43,546 nt of DNA from a virus: positions 1-43,546 of the IMG/VR virus record IMGVR_UViG_3300050015_001049. One strand, written 5' to 3'. Position 1 is the first letter of the stretch; the number at the start of each line of letters is the position of its first letter. Made by a program: the position numbers and the translations under genes. Of this stretch, positions 8,575-18,423 are shown piece after piece. Under the pieces are notes generated by a model that saw only the letters and a program-made list of their open reading frames with translations, did not search any database and was not told the origin of the DNA.

Positions 8575-9050
8575 TGGATATAGGTTCCGGAAATAGTTAT
8601 CCTTCGAATGCATTGAGTAATTTTGCTCCTCATCCTTTTGAGATTGATGGAATAAAGTGTAATTCAATGGAAGGATTTTTGCAGTCGGTTAAATTTGAAT
8701 CTAAAGAGATGCAAGAATATGTCTGTACTCTTGTGGGATATGCTGCTAAGAAAAAAGGGAGAAACAAAAATTGGAAACAATCCCAAACTCTTTACTGGAG
8801 AGAAATTCCAATGAAAAGAGATTCTCAAGAATATCAGGACCTTCTCGATCGCGCATATACAGAACTATATAAAAATACAAAGTTTAAAGCTGCTTTAGAA
8901 GCTTCTGCTAATGCAGTATTAACTCATTCTCTTGGCAAATCTAAAGAATCTGAAACAATTTTAACTATACGTGAATTTTGTTCAAGATTAACAAAACTTC
9001 GGGATTGGGGAACTCTAAAAGAAATCAAAGCTAAAAAATTAATACAATGA
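8574..9050 (+). CDS. hypothetical protein
   Basis: ORF; start codon overlaps the previous stop. Confidence 0.35.
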   Translation: MDIGSGNSYPSNALSNFAPHPFEIDGIKCNSMEGFLQSVKFESKEMQEYVCTLVGYAAKKKGRNKNWKQSQTLYWREIPMKRDSQEYQDLLDRAYTELYKNTKFKAALEASANAVLTHSLGKSKESETILTIREFCSRLTKLRDWGTLKEIKAKKLIQ

Positions 9051-9532
9051 TAGTTAAAAATCAAATAGGTCGGGATCTTAGAAATGCTGCAGGTTCAGGA
9101 GAATCTCCATTCGCTTCTTTATATAAAGGGAACTTTTCGGTATCAAAAAAGATACTTAAGGCTTCTACAACGAGTGATATAATTGCTCTTAAAGATGTTA
9201 AATATCGTCTTGAAGGAGGAATTTTCTATGTTCAAGCAACCCAAATATTTCATGAGAATCTTTCTCGATTCGCTACATATTATGAGACATATTGGCGTTG
9301 CAGAAATATTTATATTATCGGAGAAAGACAACTTGAGCTTTTGGAGAATCCTCCAGAAATAAAAGAAGTTATAATCAAGAGATGGTGGCGAAACAATTTA
9401 AAATTTAAAGCATATGAACATCCAGAAGAAGCTTCATATTGGTTTAAACTCAAAGAAGAACGACCATTTGAAGCTGCTTTAAGTAACTTTAAATTCAGAG
9501 AAGATGGAAATGCTTGGCCTTCTGAATCATAA
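9047..9532 (+). CDS. hypothetical protein
   Basis: ORF with 4-nt overlap with the previous gene. Confidence 0.35.
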   Translation: MIVKNQIGRDLRNAAGSGESPFASLYKGNFSVSKKILKASTTSDIIALKDVKYRLEGGIFYVQATQIFHENLSRFATYYETYWRCRNIYIIGERQLELLENPPEIKEVIIKRWWRNNLKFKAYEHPEEASYWFKLKEERPFEAALSNFKFREDGNAWPSES

Positions 9533-9544
9533 AAAATTAATAAC

Positions 9545-10051
9545 ATGAGTCAAATGCATGATGTATTTATGAAGACAGCTTTTCTTATAGCAGAGAAAAG
9601 TCATTGTGTTTCTTATCACGTCGGAGCTGTTGTAGTCAAGGATAAGAGAATTATATCTATTGGCTATAATGGAACCCCCCCGGGTCTTCTTAATTGTGAT
9701 GAAATTTTTGATAAAGAAAAATTTGATAGAGAAGATCATCATAAATGGTCTAAGGATAATGAAATTCACGGAGAAATGAATTGTATAGCTTTTGCTGCAA
9801 AAAATGATGTAAATATTGATGGTGCAGATATTTATGTGACTATTTCTCCTTGTAATGATTGTTTGAAAAATCTTTCTATGACAGGCATCAAAAATATTTA
9901 TTACCTATATCTCTATGATAAAATAGATTTAAATCCAGAACTTCTTCGCATTATAAATGTTCAGGAAGTTCCTGGGGCAGAGGAAATTAAGAAATTTGTT
10001 GAGAAAAATAATCTTCTCTATATTTCCTCTTCACGAAAAATTAACGGATAA
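9545..10051 (+). CDS. dCMP (deoxycytidylate) deaminase
   Basis: Zinc-binding motifs 'HGEMNCI' (H-x-E) and 'PCNDCLKNL' (PCxxC) of CMP/dCMP deaminases. Confidence 0.75.
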   Translation: MSQMHDVFMKTAFLIAEKSHCVSYHVGAVVVKDKRIISIGYNGTPPGLLNCDEIFDKEKFDREDHHKWSKDNEIHGEMNCIAFAAKNDVNIDGADIYVTISPCNDCLKNLSMTGIKNIYYLYLYDKIDLNPELLRIINVQEVPGAEEIKKFVEKNNLLYISSSRKING

Positions 10052-10103
10052 AGATTTTTTATATAAAATATTATTAGTATATTTGTATCAAATAAAAAAA
10101 ACT

Positions 10104-10307
10104 ATGGCAAAATTTTATGTTGGTGATAATTTCAGAATAAATCCACTTTCATTTATAAATGGGGGAAAAGATGTTGAAATCTTTTTTAAAAATAAACAAT
10201 CTAGAATTTATACAAGGGTAAAATGTCCTTATAAATTCTGGTTGGAAACAAAAGAAACAAATCCGGATGTTAAGAATTATAAAGTATTAGGTAATTCTAA
10301 AGATTAA
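10104..10307 (+). CDS. hypothetical small protein (start adjusted to MAKFYVG; promoter TATATTTG at 10078-10085)
   Basis: The track ORF 9957..10307 overlaps the dCMP deaminase 3' end. Promoter motif lies just upstream of the internal ATG. Confidence 0.3.
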   Translation: MAKFYVGDNFRINPLSFINGGKDVEIFFKNKQSRIYTRVKCPYKFWLETKETNPDVKNYKVLGNSKD

Positions 10308-10311
10308 TTCC

Positions 10312-11175
10312 ATGTCTGATTTACCTAATGGAACCCAATTAAAACCTGTTCATGCAAATGTTTGGAGCTCTCATGATGCTATTTTCAAAAGTTCGAGAAA
10401 AGATCATGCAGAAGTACAAATTATTCTTTGTGGAAGATCAGAGGATTGTGAATTATTTGCTAAAGACCAATGTTCATATAGAGCATCTTTTGGCTGGCAT
10501 GCTTGTCCTTATGGGCACTTCAGAAAATATGAAGGACCTACTCCAAGAGCAAGAGCTTACTCAAAGTGGATAGAAGAGCAAAAAAAGAAATATGAAGGAG
10601 TTCCCTATCTTAAGGATCATACCGATATGATTGCATTCATAGGGGATTATGTATTTCTTCCCTATACTCACATGGATATGGCGGATGTAGGATGGATTCA
10701 AAAGAATGGTGGATTTCTTGGTAAAGGATGCGCCTTTCTTAAAAAAGAACTTTTTACTGTTGAAAATATTGAATATCTAATTCATTTTCGCCCTCAATCT
10801 TGGGGGGGTGGAGAAATAGTTTCTTATCAAAAAGAAGAAGTTCCGAAATTTGTAAAACACCTTCAGGAAAAATGCCCGGACTTATTCAAAGAATTACTAG
10901 AATATGACCCGACTATTCAAAAAATAGTTGATGCTTATTCATATATTGGCAGAAAAGCAATTTTACAAACACTTACCCCTAATATTGGAAAATTTGTAGA
11001 TATTCATAAAGGGGAATGGATATGGGATGGGATTTATCTTACATCTTTAAATAGCCATGCATCTTTTATGCTTGTAGATAAATTTGAAGAAATAAAAGTA
11101 AAGCCAAAAGAACAATCTCCGGTTGTAATTTCAGATGATAATCAGGTTAATGAAAAAACAAAATTTTTATCATGA
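10312..11175 (+). CDS. hypothetical protein
   Basis: 287-aa ORF; no recognised motif. Confidence 0.4.
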   Translation: MSDLPNGTQLKPVHANVWSSHDAIFKSSRKDHAEVQIILCGRSEDCELFAKDQCSYRASFGWHACPYGHFRKYEGPTPRARAYSKWIEEQKKKYEGVPYLKDHTDMIAFIGDYVFLPYTHMDMADVGWIQKNGGFLGKGCAFLKKELFTVENIEYLIHFRPQSWGGGEIVSYQKEEVPKFVKHLQEKCPDLFKELLEYDPTIQKIVDAYSYIGRKAILQTLTPNIGKFVDIHKGEWIWDGIYLTSLNSHASFMLVDKFEEIKVKPKEQSPVVISDDNQVNEKTKFLS

Positions 11176-11483
11176 ACTATAAAGAATTTCAAGAGAAACA
11201 AGTAAAAAAAGTAAATTCTCCATTGGAGAATAAAAAATCTATAAAAGAGAAAAAGCTATTTAATTGGAAATTCTTTTCTAAATTAAGTGGGATTATGGGC
11301 ATCATAGCAGTTATTTCTATGGTAATATTTTTTAAAAATCTTCCTATAATTCCTGGGATTCTTTGTCTCATAACGGCTATTTTATATTATATCCAATGGA
11401 AAAATGGAAAAGAAAAATTAGGGCTTCCTATAATATGGACTATTAACTCAATTCTTTGGTTTACTCAATTCTTTGGTTTTTAA
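11172..11483 (+). CDS. small membrane protein (2 predicted TM helices)
   Basis: Hydrophobic stretches 'IMGIIAVISMVIFF' and 'ILCLITAILYYI'. Confidence 0.35.
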   Translation: MNYKEFQEKQVKKVNSPLENKKSIKEKKLFNWKFFSKLSGIMGIIAVISMVIFFKNLPIIPGILCLITAILYYIQWKNGKEKLGLPIIWTINSILWFTQFFGF

Positions 11484-12408
11484 ACCAACTTATAAAATTA
11501 AGATAATGGATTACAGAAAAGCAATTTTAAATATTCGAGAACAATTAGCAATTTATATCACAGAAAATAAACTTGGATCTCTTGTTATTGGTATATCAGG
11601 TGGAATGGACAGCTGTTTATGTGCAGCTTTAGCAAAACCAGTTTGCGATGAATTAAATATTCCATTAATAGGGAGAAGTTTACCTATGGAATCAAATAAA
11701 CCAGATGAAATTGAAAGAGCAAAACTTACAGGAAAAGTATTTTGTAATGTTTTTGATGAAGTAAATCTTTCAAAATTTTATAATCCTCTTCAAGATTGGT
11801 TGATCGGTCAAATTAGCCCTTTAGCTTCACCCGAACTTATAAAATCTTATAAAATTCATAACGGAAATATAAAAGCCCGTTTACGCATGATGTATCTTTA
11901 TAATCTTGCTTCCGAACAAAAGGGCATGATTCTTTCTACAGATAATTATACAGAATATCTACTTGGATTTTGGACCCTCCATGGTGATGTTGGAGATTAT
12001 GGAATGATACAAAATCTTTGGAAAACAGAAGTCTATGACATGGCTGAATGGTTAGGGGATAATGAATATTTACATAAGCCAGCAGAAGCTTATAAAACCA
12101 TAAGAATGACAATTGATGCACTTGCAACAGATGGTCTTGGAGTTTCAAGTCTTGGGGATCTTGGACAAATACTTCCTGATTGGAAAGGAAATTCTAGGGA
12201 TGGTTATAGAGAGGTTGATCAAATATTGGAAGATTATTTATCATATATTAAAATATGTAGATCAACTTCTAAAGATATGGAAAAGTTGAATATTATGGAA
12301 AGTCATCCAGTAATTCGGAGACATCTAGGAACAGAATTCAAAAGAATAATTCCAGTTAATATTCCAAGAACAGTTATTTTCTATGGTCCTTCCGCTGGAA
12401 TAAAATAA
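11473..12408 (+). CDS. nadE: NH3-dependent NAD+ synthetase (PP-loop ATP pyrophosphatase)
   Basis: PP-loop 'SGGMDS' in NadE-like context 'LGSLVIGISGGMDSCLCAALA'. Confidence 0.6.
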   Translation: MVFKPTYKIKIMDYRKAILNIREQLAIYITENKLGSLVIGISGGMDSCLCAALAKPVCDELNIPLIGRSLPMESNKPDEIERAKLTGKVFCNVFDEVNLSKFYNPLQDWLIGQISPLASPELIKSYKIHNGNIKARLRMMYLYNLASEQKGMILSTDNYTEYLLGFWTLHGDVGDYGMIQNLWKTEVYDMAEWLGDNEYLHKPAEAYKTIRMTIDALATDGLGVSSLGDLGQILPDWKGNSRDGYREVDQILEDYLSYIKICRSTSKDMEKLNIMESHPVIRRHLGTEFKRIIPVNIPRTVIFYGPSAGIK

Positions 12409-13046
12409 TTTTTAAAACTAAAACAAAATGAATAATTTTCTAAATGAATTTTCTGGAGAGCCAGAGCCACCCTATAACGGTCCTTATAAAGCAAGAGAAA
12501 TTTTTAAATTAACACGGAATGCTCTTCTTGATTCGCTCTCCTCTGTTTTTTATCAAATAAGAAAAGCAGCAAAAGAGGGGCTTGATTATGTAGATATTAA
12601 AGAGGATTTAAGCGATGATCAAAGATGGATTCTCGAAAAATATGAATATGATGTTATTCAATATAATGAGAAAGACGAAGAGTATGATCAGGGATTTCGT
12701 TGGCATCTGGAATTCTATGGTCCTTCCGCTGGAATAAAATAATTTTTAAAACTAAAACAAAATGAATAATTTTCTAAATGAATTTTCTGGAGAGCCAGAG
12801 CCACCCTATAACGGTCCTTATAAAGCAAGAGAAATTTTTAAATTAACACGGAATGCTCTTCTTGATTCGCTCTCCTCTGTTTTTTATCAAATAAGAAAAG
12901 CAGCAAAAGAGGGGCTTGATTATGTAGATATTAAAGAGGATTTAAGCGATGATCAAAGATGGATTCTCGAAAAATATGAATATGATGTTATTCAATATAA
13001 TGAGAAAGACGAAGAGTATGATCAGGGATTTCGTTGGCATCTGGAA
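12379..13046 (+). repeat. Perfect tandem direct duplication, 2 x 334 bp (12379-12712 and 12713-13046)
   Basis: The two copies read identically by eye. Unit = last 10 codons of nadE + spacer + first 95 codons of the downstream acidic gene. Confidence 0.8.
12428..12742 (+). CDS. Chimeric duplicated ORF (N-terminal 95 aa of the 12762 protein fused to the NadE C-terminal tail 'FYGPSAGIK')
   Basis: Product of the 334-bp tandem duplication. Confidence 0.4.
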   Translation: MNNFLNEFSGEPEPPYNGPYKAREIFKLTRNALLDSLSSVFYQIRKAAKEGLDYVDIKEDLSDDQRWILEKYEYDVIQYNEKDEEYDQGFRWHLEFYGPSAGIK

Positions 13047-13088
13047 TGGTTTATTGAATTTTATGACCATGATGAGGAGGAAGAATAA
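12762..13088 (+). CDS. hypothetical acidic protein (ends DHDEEEE)
   Basis: Intact parental copy. Confidence 0.45.
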   Translation: MNNFLNEFSGEPEPPYNGPYKAREIFKLTRNALLDSLSSVFYQIRKAAKEGLDYVDIKEDLSDDQRWILEKYEYDVIQYNEKDEEYDQGFRWHLEWFIEFYDHDEEEE

Positions 13089-13318
13089 TGACTAAGAAAG
13101 TATTATATAATGGAAAGAAATATAAAGTATCTTTTCAAGCTTATGGTTTTGAAGATAGCAGATTTTGTATAAATGGGGAGCCAACATCTTTTTATATGTC
13201 TGATGAAAAGATTATCAATTTGGATGTGTTTAAAATGTATGCTGAAAGGGCTATTAAAGAATATGTAGCTAAAAAAACAGCTGAGAAAGTTTTTAAAGAA
13301 TGGAATGGAAAAATTTAA
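13088..13318 (+). CDS. hypothetical small protein
   Basis: ORF; ATGA overlap with the previous gene. Confidence 0.35.
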   Translation: MTKKVLYNGKKYKVSFQAYGFEDSRFCINGEPTSFYMSDEKIINLDVFKMYAERAIKEYVAKKTAEKVFKEWNGKI

Positions 13319-13940
13319 AATGGAAAATATGAAAGCACTTATAGTTGTTGATATGCAAAACGATTTTATGCCAGGAGGATCATTGCCTGTTCCAGAAGGG
13401 GATAAAATAGTGCCGATCATCAACGATTTATTATCAAAATTTGATCTGGTAATTTTTACTAAAGATTGGCATCCGGCGAGGCATAATGGATTTGCATCTG
13501 TGTATAAAGATAAAAAACCATTTGATATAATTGACAGGGGTTATTATTGGTCAGGGTCACCACACATTGATACACTTTGGCCAGATCATTGTGTACAAAA
13601 TACACCCGGAGCAGATATTCATAAAGATATAAAATTTGAAAATTGCAAAGGAGAATTTTATATTTTCAAGAAGGGGGAAGATGCTGGGAATGATGGTTAC
13701 AGTGCATTTGAAACCAAAGAGCTAGCTCCATTTTTGGATGGAAAAGGAGCAACAGAACTTTTTATATGTGGCGTAGCTCTAGATTATTGTGTTAAGAATA
13801 CTGCTCTTGATGCTGCAATAGAAGGATTTGATGTTGTTGTTATTGAGGATGCTTGTAAATCTATAGATCCAAATATTAATTCCGTACTAGAGGATTTCAA
13901 GAAAGCCGAAATAGATTTTATTAAAATTGAGAATTTATAA
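13305..13940 (+). CDS. pncA: Nicotinamidase/pyrazinamidase (isochorismatase-like hydrolase)
   Basis: 'ALIVVDMQNDF', 'FTKDWHP', 'ICGVALDYCV' give the D/K/C catalytic-triad context of PncA. Confidence 0.7.
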   Translation: MEKFKMENMKALIVVDMQNDFMPGGSLPVPEGDKIVPIINDLLSKFDLVIFTKDWHPARHNGFASVYKDKKPFDIIDRGYYWSGSPHIDTLWPDHCVQNTPGADIHKDIKFENCKGEFYIFKKGEDAGNDGYSAFETKELAPFLDGKGATELFICGVALDYCVKNTALDAAIEGFDVVVIEDACKSIDPNINSVLEDFKKAEIDFIKIENL

Positions 13941-14094
13941 AATATGAGAACTCTTGAATATACGATAGCAACAATGCTTATGTCTATTCTCCTTTATTTT
14001 ATAAATAAAATAATTGGAATAGGAGCAATGGAAGCTGTTGGGTTTGCTTCTATAATTATTACTTTAGGATTTATCGAACGAAAACTTAGAAAAA

Positions 14095-14511
14095 ATGAAC
14101 CAAAAAACTAAAAGTATTTTTGAATTTCGAAAGGGAGATATAATAACTCGTCTCAAACCAATGTCTGATGATGAAGATGGATATAAGGATTTTTCTCTTG
14201 TAGGTGCCAGATTAACATTTATTGGTATTGCAAATGCTTGTGTATACCTATCTAAGAAATCTGATCCTCTTTTTAAACTTTTTCTTAGTCAGGATAATCT
14301 TCAGATAAAACTTCCTCTTGAATTATGTGAACAAGGATGGTCAAATTATATTGAACCAGATTTTGGAGATGGGTCTTCTATAGAGGATTTAACTGATGAA
14401 CAAGCTATATCAGCAGAAATTCAAAAAGCTGTTGAAGAAGAAGATTATTTTCGAGCTGAAGCTCTGAAGAAAAAACTTGAAGAATTATCAAAAAACAAGG
14501 ATAAAAAATAA
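14095..14511 (+). CDS. hypothetical protein with C-terminal UVR-like motif
   Basis: 'EEEDYFRAEALKKKLEEL' resembles the UvrB/UvrC-type UVR motif. Confidence 0.35.
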   Translation: MNQKTKSIFEFRKGDIITRLKPMSDDEDGYKDFSLVGARLTFIGIANACVYLSKKSDPLFKLFLSQDNLQIKLPLELCEQGWSNYIEPDFGDGSSIEDLTDEQAISAEIQKAVEEEDYFRAEALKKKLEELSKNKDKK

Positions 14512-14523
14512 GTTATTAAAAAT

Positions 14524-14557
14524 TCCCTTAGATTATTTTTTTATCTAAGGGATTTTT
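14524..14557 (+). terminator. Rho-independent terminator (tcccttagat...atctaaggga + T5), followed by promoter TATATTTA (14560-14567)
   Basis: 10-bp stem plus T run. Confidence 0.6.
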
Positions 14558-14571
14558 CGTATATTTACCCT

Positions 14572-15189
14572 ATGGAACACTTTTCAAAGGATTTGGTAAA
14601 GCATACGGAGAGACTTAAAAACATTATGTCTAAAATCCCTATGAAAGGGGTTTCTATCCTTACCGGGAGCAATGGTTCTGGAAAATCTCTTATCAGATCT
14701 CAATTTATATTTTATTTGGCAAAAAGAAAAAAGAAGGATCCTAAAAAAATGAGTGGGGTTCTTGGTTCTGTTTCTATGCAATTAAGAACCTCATCCAATG
14801 CCTCATGGGGAGCTTTATCCGGAGCAATGAGAGATACTGAATGGCTTCCTACTTCATTAAATACATTTGATTTAATAAAAGGACTTCTCAGCAAAGATTT
14901 TCAATATATTATTATCGATGAACCCGAGATAGGAATGGGAGAAGAACTCATCATGAGCTTAGCAGATTATCTTAACAGGGAATTTGAAAAATATCCCAAC
15001 CGGGGATTTCTCGTAATAACTCACAATCGATATTTAGTTGAAAATCTTAATTACAAGAAATTTTTTAATTGTGATGGAATTAAGACCAAAGAGGAATGGT
15101 TAAATCGTCCAATGAAAAAAGCTAATTTAAAAGTTCTTGAAAATAATGCTTTATTTTTTTACATAAGAGATAAGGATAAAAATGAATAA
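14572..15189 (+). CDS. Minimal ABC-type ATPase
   Basis: Walker A 'GSNGSGKS', Q-loop 'SMQ', degenerate signature 'LSGAM', Walker B 'IIIDEPEIGM', H-loop 'ITHN'. ATG is 4 nt after the promoter element (leaderless). Confidence 0.5.
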   Translation: MEHFSKDLVKHTERLKNIMSKIPMKGVSILTGSNGSGKSLIRSQFIFYLAKRKKKDPKKMSGVLGSVSMQLRTSSNASWGALSGAMRDTEWLPTSLNTFDLIKGLLSKDFQYIIIDEPEIGMGEELIMSLADYLNREFEKYPNRGFLVITHNRYLVENLNYKKFFNCDGIKTKEEWLNRPMKKANLKVLENNALFFYIRDKDKNE

Positions 15190-15397
15190 AATCATATTAT
15201 TTCGAAATTGGTTTAATAAGAAATTATGTCGGTGGTTTGGACATAAATGGGAAAAACCTAATCAAGCTTCAGATGGTTTTCAAATTTGGTATGAACAATG
15301 TTGCATAAGAAAAGGATGTCCAGTATTTCGCCAGGGACAACTCGATAATATGATTACTATTAATCCAGAAGATTATTTTAAAGAAATAATAAAATGA
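15182..15397 (+). CDS. small zinc-ribbon protein
   Basis: CxxH...CC...C pattern; overlapping start/stop with neighbours. Confidence 0.3.
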   Translation: MNKIILFRNWFNKKLCRWFGHKWEKPNQASDGFQIWYEQCCIRKGCPVFRQGQLDNMITINPEDYFKEIIK

Positions 15398-15969
15398 TAA
15401 GCGCAAATATAACAACCTATATTGGTCAAGATGGGGACGCAGAACACTATTATTGTTCTTATCGTATTGTGGAAGATGAATTCCCAAAAACAAACTCCGG
15501 GGGATCTTATGGTAGAGAGGATTTAGAACATCCATTATCTTATGCTCAGGCTGCTGCTATATCTCGTAAGGACAAATATCCATGGGGGGAGGGAACAATG
15601 TCTAATAGATTTGACACCATTGAAGAAATTCATGAATATCTTAAACAAAAATTTCCAAATGAAATTATAGCCACTTATTATGAAGGACAGATTTTCAAAG
15701 AAATGCTTTATTTTAAGAATAGTAAAAATCTTGGATATCAAGCATTTGGAGAAGTTTGGAGTTGCGTTCCCCGTTCAGTTTACAAACGTTGTCTCCCTGA
15801 TAATTTTAAAATAAAATGCTGCGAATGTGGTCATAAATATAAATTGGAAGAAGTTACTTCAGAAAGACCATGGGGGGTAGAAACTTTAATAACATTCTTG
15901 CCTGTTAGAGAACTTGATGATGAGCCTTGCTGCAAATATTTTGATCTAGAATGGAATGTAATTTTATAG
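15394..15969 (+). CDS. hypothetical protein (Cys-rich C-terminus)
   Basis: 'CCECGHKYKLEE...CCKYF'. Confidence 0.35.
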   Translation: MISANITTYIGQDGDAEHYYCSYRIVEDEFPKTNSGGSYGREDLEHPLSYAQAAAISRKDKYPWGEGTMSNRFDTIEEIHEYLKQKFPNEIIATYYEGQIFKEMLYFKNSKNLGYQAFGEVWSCVPRSVYKRCLPDNFKIKCCECGHKYKLEEVTSERPWGVETLITFLPVRELDDEPCCKYFDLEWNVIL

Positions 15970-15975
15970 TATAAT

Positions 15976-16899
15976 ATGAATATACAAACTATATCAATCG
16001 TAGTCCCTACAAAAGGATGTGTTAATAAATGCCCATTCTGTGTATCACGTATGCACGAGAATAATTATGAAAATTCTTTTGATGAATTTCAGATTACAAA
16101 AAGACTTAAGTGGGCTGTAATGAATGGCATTAATACCTGCATTATAACGGGAACTGGAGAAGCTCTTCAAAATTATCATTTTTTAGGAAGGGTAGCAGAT
16201 ATTTTTGTTAAGATGAATCATCCTTTTCCGAATGTTGAATTTCAGACAACCGGAGTTATGTTATATGATTTTGATGAAAATTGTACAGGTAAAGATGGAA
16301 AAATTGTTCCGCATTATTATAATATTGCAATGCTTAGGGAACTCGGGGTTAACACTATTTCTCTTTCGGTTTCTGATATTTTTGAGGATATTAATAATCT
16401 TCAAATTATTGGGGTTAGCAAAAAACTTGAATTCTATTTAAATGAATTAATTCTTTTTTTAAAGAATAAAGGATTTAATATTCGCCTGAGTCTTAATATG
16501 CTTAACAAATATGATAACTTTCTTCCGTCAGAAATTATTGCAAGATGTAAATTTCTTGGTGCAGATCAAATTACTTTCAGAAAAATGTATTCTGCTGATG
16601 AGTCAGAACAATCCAAATGGGTAAAAGAAAACAAATGCTCAGATAAGAAATTAGAACATATTAAAACTTATATCCAGGGAAAAGTTTTTGAAGATAGGGA
16701 AGGGAGAATTCCAGGATTTGGAACTTTTCTTTATAAACTTCCTTTTGGCGCATCTGTTTATTCTATTGATGGAATGAGTACAGTTATTGATGATGATTGC
16801 ATGTCAAAAGAAAATAATGAATCCCTTAAATATTGTATTCTTCGTGAAAATGGAAAACTCTATGCTCAATGGGATAACGAAGGATCTTTAATATTTTAA
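15976..16899 (+). CDS. Radical SAM enzyme, family undetermined
   Basis: CX3CX2C 'CVNKCPFC' at the N-terminus; downstream 'ITGTGEAL' glycine-rich SAM motif. Confidence 0.55.
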   Translation: MNIQTISIVVPTKGCVNKCPFCVSRMHENNYENSFDEFQITKRLKWAVMNGINTCIITGTGEALQNYHFLGRVADIFVKMNHPFPNVEFQTTGVMLYDFDENCTGKDGKIVPHYYNIAMLRELGVNTISLSVSDIFEDINNLQIIGVSKKLEFYLNELILFLKNKGFNIRLSLNMLNKYDNFLPSEIIARCKFLGADQITFRKMYSADESEQSKWVKENKCSDKKLEHIKTYIQGKVFEDREGRIPGFGTFLYKLPFGASVYSIDGMSTVIDDDCMSKENNESLKYCILRENGKLYAQWDNEGSLIF

Positions 16900-17332
16900 A
16901 TTATATAAAATGAATCATCAAATTAAAATTGGAATTATTCTTATGATTACATCAATAATACTATTTTTGATCACATGCATTATTTGGTCCCCACCTGCTC
17001 GAAAATTTCGAAAATTTATTGATACAAAAATTAAACATTTAAAAACAATAATATGGAAGACTTAATTAAAGCATTACAAATTTTCCTGAAATATGGAAAT
17101 CCGAATTATCCTACAAATTGTTCACATGATGAATTGTTCGTAATTGGTAAGTGAAGAAGATAAGAAAACATTGGATGAACTCGGATTTTTTCCAAACGAT
17201 GAATTCAATGGATTTTCATCATATAAATTTGGTTCTTGTTAATAATAAAATTATGACAACATCAGCAAATTCAATAGAACATAGCATCCGCAAAGGGAAA
17301 AAAAATGTAGGTAATTTCCGGAAGAACATAAT

Positions 17333-17632
17333 GTGTCGATTACCGGATTAGAGCTCCTTAAATATCAACCTTTGAATGAGCATACTATTCAAGCTTGGGG
17401 ATATGACGAGGAGGAAGAAGAATGGGAGGACGAACCTGAAAATCTTGAAGAATTCCTAAAACCGATGGTAGTATCTAATAAAAAGATCCGGGAATATTTT
17501 AATGGTACAAAAACCGTTGAGCAAATCATGCAGGAATTTGAGGAAGAAAGAAAAGAAGATGTAAGGAAAATGCATGAGCATTTCGCTGAACAAAGAATAA
17601 AATTAATGAAAGAATTAAAAAATAAGAAATGA
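17333..17632 (+). CDS. hypothetical acidic protein
   Basis: ORF; 'DEEEEEWEDEPENLEE'. Confidence 0.3.
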   Translation: MSITGLELLKYQPLNEHTIQAWGYDEEEEEWEDEPENLEEFLKPMVVSNKKIREYFNGTKTVEQIMQEFEEERKEDVRKMHEHFAEQRIKLMKELKNKK

Positions 17633-17681
17633 TTTTTTGTACAGATCATTGTCAAAGCGTAAATATATAAGATAAAACGCT

Positions 17682-18419
17682 ATGATAATTTATAAAACGA
17701 CAAATTTAATCAATGGAAAGATTTATGTCGGGAAACAAGTTAATATTCGGAAAAAAGATGTATATCTTGGTTCAGGAAAAATTCTAAAAAGTGCTATTGA
17801 AAAATATGGAAGAGAAAATTTTAAAAAAGAAATTTTGCAAGAATGTTTAACAAAAGAAGATTTAAATCATCAAGAAATTTTTTGGATTAAAGAATTAAAT
17901 TCATTACAACCAATTGGATATAATATTGTATTTGGTGGGGAAGGCGGGGATACATTTACAAATAATCCCAATCAAGAGGAATACAGAAAACAAAAAAGTG
18001 AATGGAGTCAAAAAATGTGGAAAGATGATGAATATCGAAAACACATGTCAGATATAAGAACTGGGCAAAAAATGTCAGATCAAGCAAGAAGAAATATGAG
18101 TAATGCTTCAATAGATAAACCTAAAACAGAAGAACACAAAGAATCCTTATCTAAAGCTTGGGAAAAAAGAAAGATAGAAAAACCACATACACAAGAAACC
18201 CGAGATTTAATGAGTAATTCTATGATAGGTAAAAACGTTGGGAAATATATTAAAATTTATGAGTTTAAAGGACCCGATGGAAAAATTTATCGAACAGATG
18301 AAGGATTAGTTAAATTTGCAAAATCTATCCATAAACATCCTCTCTCGTTTCGAAATTTAATACAAGGAAAAATTAAAGAATACAAAGGTTGGACATATAT
18401 ACAAACTATAAAAGAATAA
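17682..18419 (+). CDS. GIY-YIG homing endonuclease (free-standing)
   Basis: N-terminal 'IIYKTTNLINGKIYVGKQ...YLGSGKILKSAIEKYGRENF' is GIY-YIG, followed by a basic DNA-binding-like C-terminus. Confidence 0.75.
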   Translation: MIIYKTTNLINGKIYVGKQVNIRKKDVYLGSGKILKSAIEKYGRENFKKEILQECLTKEDLNHQEIFWIKELNSLQPIGYNIVFGGEGGDTFTNNPNQEEYRKQKSEWSQKMWKDDEYRKHMSDIRTGQKMSDQARRNMSNASIDKPKTEEHKESLSKAWEKRKIEKPHTQETRDLMSNSMIGKNVGKYIKIYEFKGPDGKIYRTDEGLVKFAKSIHKHPLSFRNLIQGKIKEYKGWTYIQTIKE

Positions 18420-18423
18420 AAAG

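Noticed and set aside
14572-15189. The P-loop protein as the missing polynucleotide kinase of an RNA-repair system
   Set aside because: Its motif set (Q-loop, LSGAM signature, DEPE Walker B, ITH H-loop) fits an ABC-type ATPase rather than a Pnk-type kinase.
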